This document shows positions 18,563 to 27,900 of a stretch of 33,931 nucleotides of DNA, piece by piece. Within the stretch, counting starts at the first letter, position 1. Every line of letters begins with the position of its first letter. Source of the DNA: Ignavibacteria bacterium. GTDB lineage: Bacteria; Elusimicrobiota; Endomicrobiia; PHAN01. The stretch lies in assembly GCA_041694835.1 (NCBI GenBank), contig JBGFRZ010000017.1, positions 1 to 33,931 on the forward strand. The letters run 5' to 3'. A program made the translations under genes and the position numbers. Under the pieces are notes generated by a model. The model saw only the letters and a list, made by a program, of their open reading frames with translations, made no database searches and was not told the DNA's origin.

Positions 18563-19683
18563 GTTTTATCAATATATTAAAATCCGCGGATATGTTGGGA
18601 TTTAAATCGCACGCAAGAAATGTAAAAATAAGCGATGTGAAAGATGTTCTGAAAAAAGAAAAAATAGGGTTCAAAGATTACATAACGCTTCTTTCCGAAC
18701 CAGCAGCGGAACTTATAGATGACATCGCCCTGAAATCCCGCCATATTACAAATAAATATTTTGGAAAAACGATACTCCTTTACGCCCCCCTTTATGTTTC
18801 AAACGAATGCGAGAATGCATGCGTTTACTGTGGTTTCAGAGAAGATATACCGGAAAGAAGAAAGACACTCTCTTTGGACGAGGTTTTAAAAGAAGCGGAT
18901 TTTCTTTACAGAAAGGGTTTTAGACATATTCTGCTCGTTTCGGGTGAAAAAACGGACAAGGTGTCCGTAAAATATCTTGAAGAAACAATATGCGGCTTGC
19001 ATAAAAATTTCGATTCGATTTCCCTCGAAATATATCCTCTTGAAACGCGGGATTATTCAAAACTTATTTCAGCTGGTGCCGACGGACTGACTATCTATCA
19101 GGAAAGTTACGGCAGGGAGACATATAAGAAGCTCCATCCTTGTGGCCCGAAGTCAGATTATGAATTCAGGCTTGCGGCTCCGGAGAGAGCCGCCCTCGCC
19201 GGTTTCCGCAGGGTCAACATAGGTGCTCTTTTGGGTCTCGATGAGTGGTTTGACGAGGTCCTGGCGCTCGGACTTCACGCTGCCTATTTAATTAAAACTT
19301 TCTGGAAAACTCAGATTGCCGTTTCATTCCCGCGAGTCAGAGCGTCTGCGGCAAGATACTCTGCGCCCCGTCCTGTTTCTGATATAAAACTTGTTCGTAT
19401 GATATGTGCCCTCAGACTCTTCTTGCCGACAGTCGCTCTTGTTCTTTCTACAAGAGAAAACGAAGCTCTAAGGGACAATCTTATACCCTTGGGCATAACA
19501 CAGATGAGCGCCGAGTCGAAGACGTCTCCGGGCGGATATTCCGCCAGTGCGTCGGAGATATCGGCAATCGCCGCCGCTCAGTTTGAGGTTGAAGATAAAA
19601 GAACGCTCGCCGAAGTGATGGAAGCGATTTCAAAAAAAGGATACGACCCGGTTTTAAAGGACTGGGATAAGACGTATTTGTAG
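18559..19683 (+). CDS. thiH: 2-iminoacetate synthase (radical SAM)
   Basis: [45 protein letters not shown]. Confidence 0.95.
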   Translation: MSFINILKSADMLGFKSHARNVKISDVKDVLKKEKIGFKDYITLLSEPAAELIDDIALKSRHITNKYFGKTILLYAPLYVSNECENACVYCGFREDIPERRKTLSLDEVLKEADFLYRKGFRHILLVSGEKTDKVSVKYLEETICGLHKNFDSISLEIYPLETRDYSKLISAGADGLTIYQESYGRETYKKLHPCGPKSDYEFRLAAPERAALAGFRRVNIGALLGLDEWFDEVLALGLHAAYLIKTFWKTQIAVSFPRVRASAARYSAPRPVSDIKLVRMICALRLFLPTVALVLSTRENEALRDNLIPLGITQMSAESKTSPGGYSASASEISAIAAAQFEVEDKRTLAEVMEAISKKGYDPVLKDWDKTYL

Positions 19684-19691
19684 CGGGTAAT

Positions 19692-20336
19692 ATGAACTTA
19701 AAAGAGCGCAAAGAGAAATTCGATAAGATCGACATATATCCAGTCACATGCAGTGCGCTTTCTGGCGACCGAAGCGCCGTCGAGTTCCTCCATGGGGTAA
19801 TGGCCGGTGGCGCAAAGATAATACAGTTAAGAGAAAAAGAACTTGCCGACGGCGAATTTTATGAACTTGCGTCGGAGTTTAGAAAAATAACACATTTGAA
19901 AGACGTTCTTTTCATTATAAACGACAGGGTCGATATAGCGTTGGCCGTCGGAGCCGACGGTGTTCATCTCGGTCAAAACGACATGCCGCTCACCGCCGCA
20001 AGAAAAATAGCGCCGGATATTCTCATCGGGATTTCAACGCACAACCTTGATGAAGCATTGGCTGCACAGAATAGTGGCGCCGACTACATCAACATAGGTC
20101 CGATTTTCGAAACCACCACGAAAGATTCAAAACCGGTGGGCATTGAAGCGATAAAAATAATATCAAGGGAAATCACAATACCTTTTACTGTTATGGGTGG
20201 CATAAAACTTCAAAATGTCGATGAACTCCTCGCCGTCGGCGCCAGAAAAATCGCCGTTGTCACCGCCATCACCAGGGACGATGACATAATAGGAACAACC
20301 ATGCTTTTTATCCGAAAAATCAGGGAGTTATCCTGA
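19692..20336 (+). CDS. thiE: Thiamine-phosphate synthase
   Basis: IQLREK, INDRVDIA, DGVHLGQND, GPIFETTTK. Confidence 0.95.
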   Translation: MNLKERKEKFDKIDIYPVTCSALSGDRSAVEFLHGVMAGGAKIIQLREKELADGEFYELASEFRKITHLKDVLFIINDRVDIALAVGADGVHLGQNDMPLTAARKIAPDILIGISTHNLDEALAAQNSGADYINIGPIFETTTKDSKPVGIEAIKIISREITIPFTVMGGIKLQNVDELLAVGARKIAVVTAITRDDDIIGTTMLFIRKIRELS

Positions 20337-20422
20337 CCCCGTTAGAGATATTCTGCCATTGTGTGACCCCATCGAAACTTCCCGGGCATGGCTATATTTC
20401 ATCGTATAATCTCTAACGGGGT
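20336..20422. repeat. ACCCCGTTAGAGAT...ATCTCTAACGGGGT palindromic element (copy 2)
   Basis: 14-bp perfect inverted termini around a 59-nt spacer, starting at the thiE stop. Confidence 0.85.
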
Positions 20423-20455
20423 TGATATCGGCATCAAAATTTGGTATATAATAAC

Positions 20456-20576
20456 ACGGTGGCGGTTTCTTCGGCGTCAGAGTCAAATTTCAATTTTTCG
20501 CATCGAAAAGGAGAGTTGTCCGCGAAGATGGTGATGATACTGAGGTAGAGTCGCGCGTGTTAAAAACTCCCACCGT
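20456..20576 (+). ncRNA. Unassigned rod-like structured RNA candidate
   Basis: ACGGTGG-C-GGTTT pairs with AAACT-C-CCACCGT; inner TCAG/CTGA and TTTTCGC/GCGAAGA stems; TATAAT at 20447-20452 just upstream. Confidence 0.35.
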
Positions 20577-20632
20577 CGACACTTGACCAATATGATTGTG
20601 ATTGCGTCACAGAGAAAGGAGGCGGAGGTTAA

Positions 20633-20728
20633 ATGAAAACGTCGGGATGGATTTTTCTTACTGTTTCGTGGGGAATAATATTATTGGCGATGGTCTTTTG
20701 TTTCGCCAGAATATTCAAAAAGCGATAA
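20633..20728 (+). CDS. 31-aa single-TM protein, possible NSS-transporter small subunit
   Basis: Absent from the ORF track; RBS GGAGG; MKTSGWIFLTVSWGIILLAMVFCFARIFKKR. Confidence 0.65.
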   Translation: MKTSGWIFLTVSWGIILLAMVFCFARIFKKR

Positions 20729-20745
20729 TAATCATCGGAGAGGAT

Positions 20746-21063
20746 ATGGAAGAAAAAAAAGAATTAAAAGAAACAATCAAGGAGACGCAGATTCAGATTG
20801 ACATCGACGAAATAACGGCGCAGGGGGTGTATTCAAATCTCATACTTATCGCCCACTCGGAAAGTGAGGTTGTTTTTGATTTCATTTTTGTTCAACCTCA
20901 AACGCCGAAGGCAAAGGTGAGAAACAGGGTTATAACATCACCACTTCACGCCAAAAGATTTTTAAAAGCTCTTGAGGAAAATTTGAAAAAGTACGAGGAG
21001 AAATTCGGAGAGATAAAAATTTCTGCTCAGGAAAAAAACAAAGGCATCGGGTTTCTGCACTAA
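20746..21063 (+). CDS. DUF3467 family protein
   Basis: AQGVYSNL..IAHSESEVVFDF, RVITSPLHAKRFLKALEENLKKYEEKFGEI; GAGG RBS. Confidence 0.85.
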   Translation: MEEKKELKETIKETQIQIDIDEITAQGVYSNLILIAHSESEVVFDFIFVQPQTPKAKVRNRVITSPLHAKRFLKALEENLKKYEEKFGEIKISAQEKNKGIGFLH

Positions 21064-22320
21064 ATGAAAATAGAACTCATCTGCGTAGGCACGGAACTTC
21101 TCGAAGGAAAACTTAATACAAACGTATCTTACATCGGGGAGAAAGTGTTTTCTCTTGGCTTCGGAGTCGACAGGGCAACTACCATAGGCGATTCCAAATC
21201 ACAGATAGAAAGAGCGTTTACCGAGGCGATAAGCCGCTCGGATGTCATAATTTCGACAGGAGGGCTCGGCCCTACTTTTGACGACCTGACCGTAGAGTGC
21301 GTTTCTTCAGTTCTCGCAAAAAAAACGACACTGAGCGTAAACGTTTTTAAAAAAATAGAAACACATTTTCAAGAAAGAAATATCCAGATGCCGCTTGTCA
21401 ATAAAAAGCAGGCATACATAATTGAAGGAGCTAAAATCATCGAAAACAAAATCGGCACCGCTCCGGGCCAGATAATAGAGTTGAAAGACCCGCAGAAAAT
21501 TATTTTTCTTCTCCCCGGTCCACCCCGAGAGCTTCATCCGATGTTTGAATCGACGGTCGCTCCGTTCTTGAGAAAACACGAGACCAAACTCAGAAAGTCG
21601 AGTGTTATCCATGTATTTGGCCTCAGCGAATCTGCCGTGGAAACTAGGATACAAAAAATAATTAGCGACGAGAAAATCGTTGACAAGGGGATGGTGAACT
21701 TTGCCATACTCGCCCATCAAGGTATAATCGACATAAAAATAACTGCATCCGCATCCGACGAACTTCTTATAGATGAAACTTTGCATAATCTCAAAAAAGA
21801 GTTTTCAGACGCTCTCGAAGGTTTTATATACGGCTACGACTCGGAAACCCTTGAAAGCGTCGTCGGGTTACTTCTTTTAAAAAATAAACTTACACTTTCA
21901 GTCGCAGAATCGTGTAGCGCCGGGATGCTTTCGTCGAAAATCGCAAATATTTCGGGCAGCTCTCATTATTTTCTCGAGGGCTTTATCGTTTACTCCGATG
22001 CTTCCAAGATAAAGAGGCTGGGCGTGAACGCCGAAACTATCGAAAAATACGGCGCCGTCTCGAGAGAAACTGCAGATGAGATGCTTGAGGGGTTGAAGAA
22101 AATGACCTCCTCTTATTGCGGGCTATCCGTTACGGGTATAGCAGGTCCATCCGCAGAAACATCCGAAAAACCGGTCGGAGTTGTTTATATAGGAGTTCAT
22201 ACACCGATTTCGAAGTCGATAAACGAGTTTAGATTTTCAGGAACAAGGAACGAAATAAGGGAGAAGGCGTGCCTTTCCGCGCTCGACATTTTGAGAAAAG
22301 AGCTTTTGAAGTTTAAATGA
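21064..22320 (+). CDS. cinA: Competence/damage-inducible protein CinA (MCD domain + PncC)
   Basis: VGTELLEG, TGGLGPTFDDLT, LPGPPRE, AESCSAG, GAVS, TGIAGP. Confidence 0.93.
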   Translation: MKIELICVGTELLEGKLNTNVSYIGEKVFSLGFGVDRATTIGDSKSQIERAFTEAISRSDVIISTGGLGPTFDDLTVECVSSVLAKKTTLSVNVFKKIETHFQERNIQMPLVNKKQAYIIEGAKIIENKIGTAPGQIIELKDPQKIIFLLPGPPRELHPMFESTVAPFLRKHETKLRKSSVIHVFGLSESAVETRIQKIISDEKIVDKGMVNFAILAHQGIIDIKITASASDELLIDETLHNLKKEFSDALEGFIYGYDSETLESVVGLLLLKNKLTLSVAESCSAGMLSSKIANISGSSHYFLEGFIVYSDASKIKRLGVNAETIEKYGAVSRETADEMLEGLKKMTSSYCGLSVTGIAGPSAETSEKPVGVVYIGVHTPISKSINEFRFSGTRNEIREKACLSALDILRKELLKFK

Positions 22321-22880
22321 GACTTTTTATATCGATAAATATACCCGAAGAGCTGAAAAAAAATATATTTGCGTTTATCGAGGATTTTAAAAAAAAATTG
22401 CCGAATTTAGGATGGGTGAAGCTTGATAACATCCACATTACTTTGAAGTTTTTGGGTGCATCACCGCCCGAGGATATCGATGAGATTAAGGCGGCGTTGA
22501 AATCGGTCGCAGGAAAATTTGGAAAGACGAAAATCAAAATCGAAAATATAGGTTGCTTCCCTTCCGAGTCAAGGCCGAGGGTTTTATGGGCGGGTATAAG
22601 CGAGGGCTCCGGATTTTTGAAAGAAGTTGCGAAATCTCTTGATGAAAAACTTGCCAAAAAATATAATGTTGAAAAAAGGGAGTTTGTTTCGCACATAACT
22701 ATGGCCAGGATAAAGTCGTATGACGGGCGGGGTTCAAAAAAAATAAAAAAAGCAATCGCCGATAAAAAAAACACTTTGTTCGGAGAATTTATGGTCGGGA
22801 AAATTTCGCTTATGCAAAGTTTCCTAAGCCCGAAGGGGGCTATCCACGAGGAAGTTTGTTCGTTTGAATTTTTGTTATGA
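22317..22880 (+). CDS. thpR: RNA 2',3'-cyclic phosphodiesterase
   Basis: MRLFI, HITLKFLG and HITMAR 2H motifs, PRVLWAG. Confidence 0.93.
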   Translation: MRLFISINIPEELKKNIFAFIEDFKKKLPNLGWVKLDNIHITLKFLGASPPEDIDEIKAALKSVAGKFGKTKIKIENIGCFPSESRPRVLWAGISEGSGFLKEVAKSLDEKLAKKYNVEKREFVSHITMARIKSYDGRGSKKIKKAIADKKNTLFGEFMVGKISLMQSFLSPKGAIHEEVCSFEFLL

Positions 22881-23641
22881 AATTTATTGTGAAACGATAT
22901 GAGATTATTTTTATATTGACACCGATATTTCTGTTAAGCGGAGTTGCGGTTACTTCCAACCAGAGCATCTTAAACCTTTCACATTTTAAAGTGCAGTCGC
23001 GGGAAAACGGCAAAGAAGACGGCCATCATAAATTGATAGCCCTAACTTTCGATGACGGCCCCCACCCACATTATACGAAGAAACTTATCGAGATTCTCAA
23101 AAAACACGATGTAACCGCCACGTTTTTTTTGGTTGGCAAACAGATTGAAAAACATCCGGAGCTGCTAAAAGAGATTGTGGCAGCAGGTTTTGAAGTTGGG
23201 GGGCACACCTACTCTCACAGAAATTTGAAGAAAATGTCCCGTTCAGAGATAATGTGGGAGCTTGAGAAAACCCGCCTTCTTATAAGAGAACACACATCTA
23301 TGAAGGTTTTTATTTTTAGACCCCCCGGCGGGCAAATTGACGAAGATATAAAAAAATCCGTCGGCAAATTTGGATATAAAACGGTCATGTGGGACGTCTT
23401 TCCAAAGGATCACGAGCATCTTACCTCCGAGGAGGTTTTAAACCGTGTCTTAAAAGGTTCTGCGTCCGGTGGAATAGTACTTCTTCACTCGGGAAAATCG
23501 GCCACGATAGATGCTCTTGAAAAAATAATACCCCAAATGAAATCGAGAGGTTTCGCCTTTGTGACGGCCACGGAGTATGAGCGCGCGAAACTAAAATTTT
23601 GTGTCAGAGGCCATGCGGATGGAAAGAATTCTTTCAATTGA
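22877..23641 (+). CDS. Polysaccharide/peptidoglycan deacetylase (NodB-like)
   Basis: ALTFDDGP, HTYSH, FRPPGG, IVLLH; N-terminal TM. Confidence 0.9.
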   Translation: MKFIVKRYEIIFILTPIFLLSGVAVTSNQSILNLSHFKVQSRENGKEDGHHKLIALTFDDGPHPHYTKKLIEILKKHDVTATFFLVGKQIEKHPELLKEIVAAGFEVGGHTYSHRNLKKMSRSEIMWELEKTRLLIREHTSMKVFIFRPPGGQIDEDIKKSVGKFGYKTVMWDVFPKDHEHLTSEEVLNRVLKGSASGGIVLLHSGKSATIDALEKIIPQMKSRGFAFVTATEYERAKLKFCVRGHADGKNSFN

Positions 23642-24050
23642 TTTTGGAATGAAACGCTTTGGTATAGCTGTCTCCGACCCACTTGGCATAACCGCTCAGC
23701 CTCTTCCGACATATGTAAGAACTTCCAGAAAGAGCGATATCGAGCATATAAAAAAAATAATCCTTGACAGAAGCGTGGGGAAAATAGTGTTCGGTCTTCC
23801 TCTCAACCTCAACAGCTCGGAAAGCGAGATGTCTTTGGCTTGTCGCGATTTTGCCCTTGAAGTCGGCATGGCTCTCGGAGTGAAAATTGATTTTTTCGAT
23901 GAGCGGATGAGCACGGCGGTCGCAGAGCGGATGCTTCAAGATGAAGCGGATTTATCCCGGGAAAAGAGGAAGAAGATAAAGGATAAACTTTCCGCCATCA
24001 TAATACTGCGGGACTATCTTCGATTTCGCGCCGAAAACCGGAATGAGTAA
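23619..24050 (+). CDS. ruvX: YqgF/RuvX nuclease
   Basis: ILSIDFGMKRFGIAVSD, VFGLPL, DERMST. Confidence 0.92.
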   Translation: MERILSIDFGMKRFGIAVSDPLGITAQPLPTYVRTSRKSDIEHIKKIILDRSVGKIVFGLPLNLNSSESEMSLACRDFALEVGMALGVKIDFFDERMSTAVAERMLQDEADLSREKRKKIKDKLSAIIILRDYLRFRAENRNE

Positions 24051-24978
24051 AATGCTAATTTATCTTTTTCTTTTTTCTCTGCTGGTGTATTCTTTTTTTA
24101 CTTTTATCAGATCACCTTCGGAAAAAATCATAATAGAAGTGCCAAAGGGCGACTCAGCTACAGTTGTCGCCGATGTGCTTCATAGAAACAGAATCATAAG
24201 GAGCAGATTCCTTTTTCTTAAACTGCTTAAATTGACGGGGAATGCGAAAAAAATAAAATCGGGTTATTATGAATTTGAAACGAACACCCCTGTTTTGAAA
24301 GTGATAAAAAAGCTTGTAAAAGGGGAGAGTTACAAGATAAGAATCACCATACCCGAAGGTTATAACAGCGTCCAGGCGGCAATGCTTCTTGTTCACAAAG
24401 GGATTGCCGACAAAAAAAAATTTCTTTCAATTGTTCAGAGGGAAAAACTCGAAGGTTTTCTTTTTCCCGAAACATATTTTTTTGAACCGGGGACGTCCGA
24501 AGAGGAAATTATCTCCGCGATGAAGAGGGAGTTTGAAAGGAGAATAACCCCCGAAATGCTTTCAAGAGCGAAAGAATTAAAACTTTCTTTGCATCAACTC
24601 ATAACACTTGCGTCCATGATAGAAAAAGAAGCGACGAAAGACGATAGACCGCTTGTTTCGGCGGTTTTTCATAACCGGCTAAAGAAAAATATGTATCTTG
24701 AAAGTTGCGCCTCCGTTCTTTATGCTCTCGGAAAACACAAGGAAAAACTCACATACAAAGATTTAAAAGTGAAATCTCCATATAACACTTACACAAACTA
24801 CGGTCTGCCACCCGGCCCGATATCAAATCCCGGGATTGACTCAATAAATGCCGCCTTATATCCTCAAGACACAGACGCATTATTTTTTGTCGTTGACAAA
24901 ACTTCCGGCACGCACATATTCTCGAGGTATTACAAGCATCACTTAGACGCTCAAAAAACAAAGCCACGCGGGAGATAG
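24043..24978 (+). CDS. mltG: Endolytic transglycosylase MltG
   Basis: ITIPEG, LEGFLFPETY, LASMIEKE, VFHNRL, SPYNTY..GLPPGPISNPG. Confidence 0.94.
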   Translation: MSKMLIYLFLFSLLVYSFFTFIRSPSEKIIIEVPKGDSATVVADVLHRNRIIRSRFLFLKLLKLTGNAKKIKSGYYEFETNTPVLKVIKKLVKGESYKIRITIPEGYNSVQAAMLLVHKGIADKKKFLSIVQREKLEGFLFPETYFFEPGTSEEEIISAMKREFERRITPEMLSRAKELKLSLHQLITLASMIEKEATKDDRPLVSAVFHNRLKKNMYLESCASVLYALGKHKEKLTYKDLKVKSPYNTYTNYGLPPGPISNPGIDSINAALYPQDTDALFFVVDKTSGTHIFSRYYKHHLDAQKTKPRGR

Positions 24979-24984
24979 TTTTAT

Positions 24985-27900
24985 ATGCATTGCATAGGAA
25001 TAGATATCGGCTCTGTTGCAACAAAGATAGTTGTAGTCGATGAAAACGCCATGATAGTAGAAAGACATTATCAGAGGCATTTCGGCCACCCCGCCTCAAA
25101 AACTCTTGAAGTTTTGAAAGAAATTAAAAAAAAATATCCGAAAGTATCTATATCTACGACGGGCTCTGCATGTTCTTTTATATCCAACGCTCTGAATTTA
25201 AAACCAACCAATGAGGTTGTCGCTCAAGGTTATTCTACAAGAAAACTTTTTCCGCACATAAAAACGATAATAGAGATGGGGGGAGAAGATTCAAAACTTA
25301 TAATTCTTAAAGATGGTATGATAAAGCAGTTTTCAATGAACTCCGTCTGCGCCGCAGGCACCGGCTCTTTCCTTGAGCAACAGGCGGAGCGACTCAATTT
25401 GAGCATAGAAGAGTTCGGACAACTCGCGGAAAAATCAAAAAGACCTTCAAAGATAGCCGGAAGGTGCAGCGTTTTTGCAAAATCAGATATGATACACCTT
25501 CAACAGATAGCGACGCCTCTTGAGGATATCGTCTCCGGGCTTTGCTTTGCTGTCGCAAGAAACTTCAAAGGAAGTATAGCCCGAGGGGTTGATATGAAGC
25601 CCCCCATATCGTTTCAGGGTGGCGTTGCGGCTAACAACGGAATGGTAAGGGCTTTCAGGGAAGTTTTCGATGCCCCCGCTCTTTTTATACCCCCCGACTT
25701 CTACTTTATGGGAGCCATAGGTGCCGTCTTGAAGGATATGGACGAGAACCGCATAAATTTTCTTGAAGTTGAAAAACAAATCGGGAAACTTCAAGAGTTT
25801 ATTTCATCGAGGATTTATGATGAAAAAGGATATCCTCCGCTCGGCTCCGACGATTTTTCTCAGAGACATTTAAAAAACAGCAACGACTCAATAAACCCGT
25901 TGTCAATTACTCAGCATCCGTCGCCGCCATTAAAAGTGTATCTTGGCATAGACGTCGGCTCAATAAGCACTAACCTCGCTCTTGTGGACGAAGGCGGAAA
26001 ACTCATCGCAAAACGATATCTGATGACAGCGGGGCGTCCTATAGAAGCCGTCAAAAAAGGTCTTGAGGAGTTATATTCCGAAGTTGGAGAAAACGTCTTT
26101 ATCTGCGGCGTAGGCACGACGGGCTCCGGCAGATATATGATAGCAGATTATGTCGGCGCTGACATGGTTAAAAATGAAATCACCGCGCAAGCCCGCGCTG
26201 CTATTTTTATAGACCCGAGTGTTGACACTATATTTGAAATAGGAGGACAGGACTCAAAATACATCTCTATAAAAGACGGTGCGATAGTTGATTTTGAGAT
26301 GAATAAAGCATGTGCCGCTGGAACAGGTTCATTTCTTGAAGAGCAGGCGGAGAAACTCAACATATCTATAAAAGATGAATTTTCCGAGCGCGCATTTGGC
26401 TCCGCATCTCCCTGCCCATTGGGTGAAAGATGCACGGTATTTATGGAAAACTCTCTTATGGCGAACCTTCAGAGAGGAGCAAAAATTAACGACCTTCTCG
26501 CCGGGCTTTCATACTCTATTGCGCAAAACTATATAAATAGGGTTGTAGTGGGCAAACCAATAGAAAAAAACATATTTTTTCAGGGAGGCGTGGCTTTTAA
26601 TAAATCCGTCGTCGCGGCGTTTGAAAAATATCTCGGAAAAAAAATCACTGTTCCGCCCGACCACGATGTGACAGGAGCAATAGGCATGGCTCTTATAGCA
26701 AAAGAGAGCATGAAAAATGGAGGCACGAACTTCAAAGGATTTGAACTTTCAAAGAGGCATTATGAGATAAACTCTTTTGAGTGCAACGCCTGCCCGAATG
26801 TCTGTGAGATAAATAGGGTCAGCATCGCCGGGGAAGAAAAGGAGCTGTTTTACGGTGGCCGCTGCGAGAAATACGACGAAAGATATTTGAAGAAAAACAA
26901 CCTTCCCGACCTTTTTGCGTTCAGAGATGAAATGCTCTGGAAGGCACATAATAAAAGAGCACAAGAGCACAAGAGCACAAGGGCACAAGAGCACAAGAGC
27001 GCAAGAGCGCAAGAGCACAAGAGCGAAAGGGCGCAAGATACCCGCGCCTCCCCACTAAAAATCGGGATTCCTTATATCTTTTATTTCCAAGATTTTCTTC
27101 CTTTCTGGTCAACTTTTCTATGGGAACTTGGTTTTGAGGTTGTTATTTCTCCGAGAACAAACAAACCAATAATAAACCTCGGTCTTGAAAATATCTTCTC
27201 CGAAGCATGCTTTCCGGTTAAAGTTGCACACGGACATATCAAACACTTAAAAGACGTCGGAGTAGATTTCATATTTCTTCCAAGTTTCATTGATTTAGAT
27301 GGTGTAGAGGCAGGATTTGGATGTCCATACATACAAACCATTCCTTATGTGTCAAAAGTTGCCTTGGGAGATGTGAGCCCCGTTAGAGATAAGAAGACAG
27401 AGGCGTCGGCAGACGATAAAAGGCGACCGACTTTTGACGGAATAAATCTCTTGACTCCCGCATTGGATTTCAGTCGCGGCAAAGGTTATATTATTAAAGA
27501 ACTATTCAGGGTTTTTGGAAGTTATGTTTCAAAGTCAGATATCAAAAAGGCGCTCTCGCAGGCGGCGGCGTCTCAAGAGACGTTTAATGAAGCCATAAGG
27601 GAGAAGGGCAGGGAGATAATAGATGGACTTGGGATTGGTGCCAGAGCAATAGTAGTCGTCGGGCGCTCTTACAACGCATTTGATTGCGGGGTCAATCTTG
27701 ACATACCGAAAAAACTCTCCCAACTTGAGACGATTTCAATCCCGCTCGATTTCCTGCCACTTGAAGAAGAGACACTGGATGAGAAATATAATATGTACTG
27801 GTTTTCAGGACGCAAAATTTTGAAAGCTGCAAAGGTAATAAAGAAAAATCCAAATCTTTTCCCTATCTACATAGGAAACTTCTCCTGCGGTCCGGATTCG

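Noticed and set aside
20597-20611. CRP site TGTGA-TTGCG-TCACA
   Set aside because: The spacer is 5 nt, not the required 6; it may be just a small hairpin.
20602-20745. N-terminal extension of the DUF3467 ORF
   Set aside because: It overlaps a better-supported small ORF in another frame, and an RBS precedes ATG 20746.
25880-25930. Possible fourth repeat insertion in the activase linker
   Set aside because: Periodicity (ACTCAATA/ACTCAGCA) is too weak to support.
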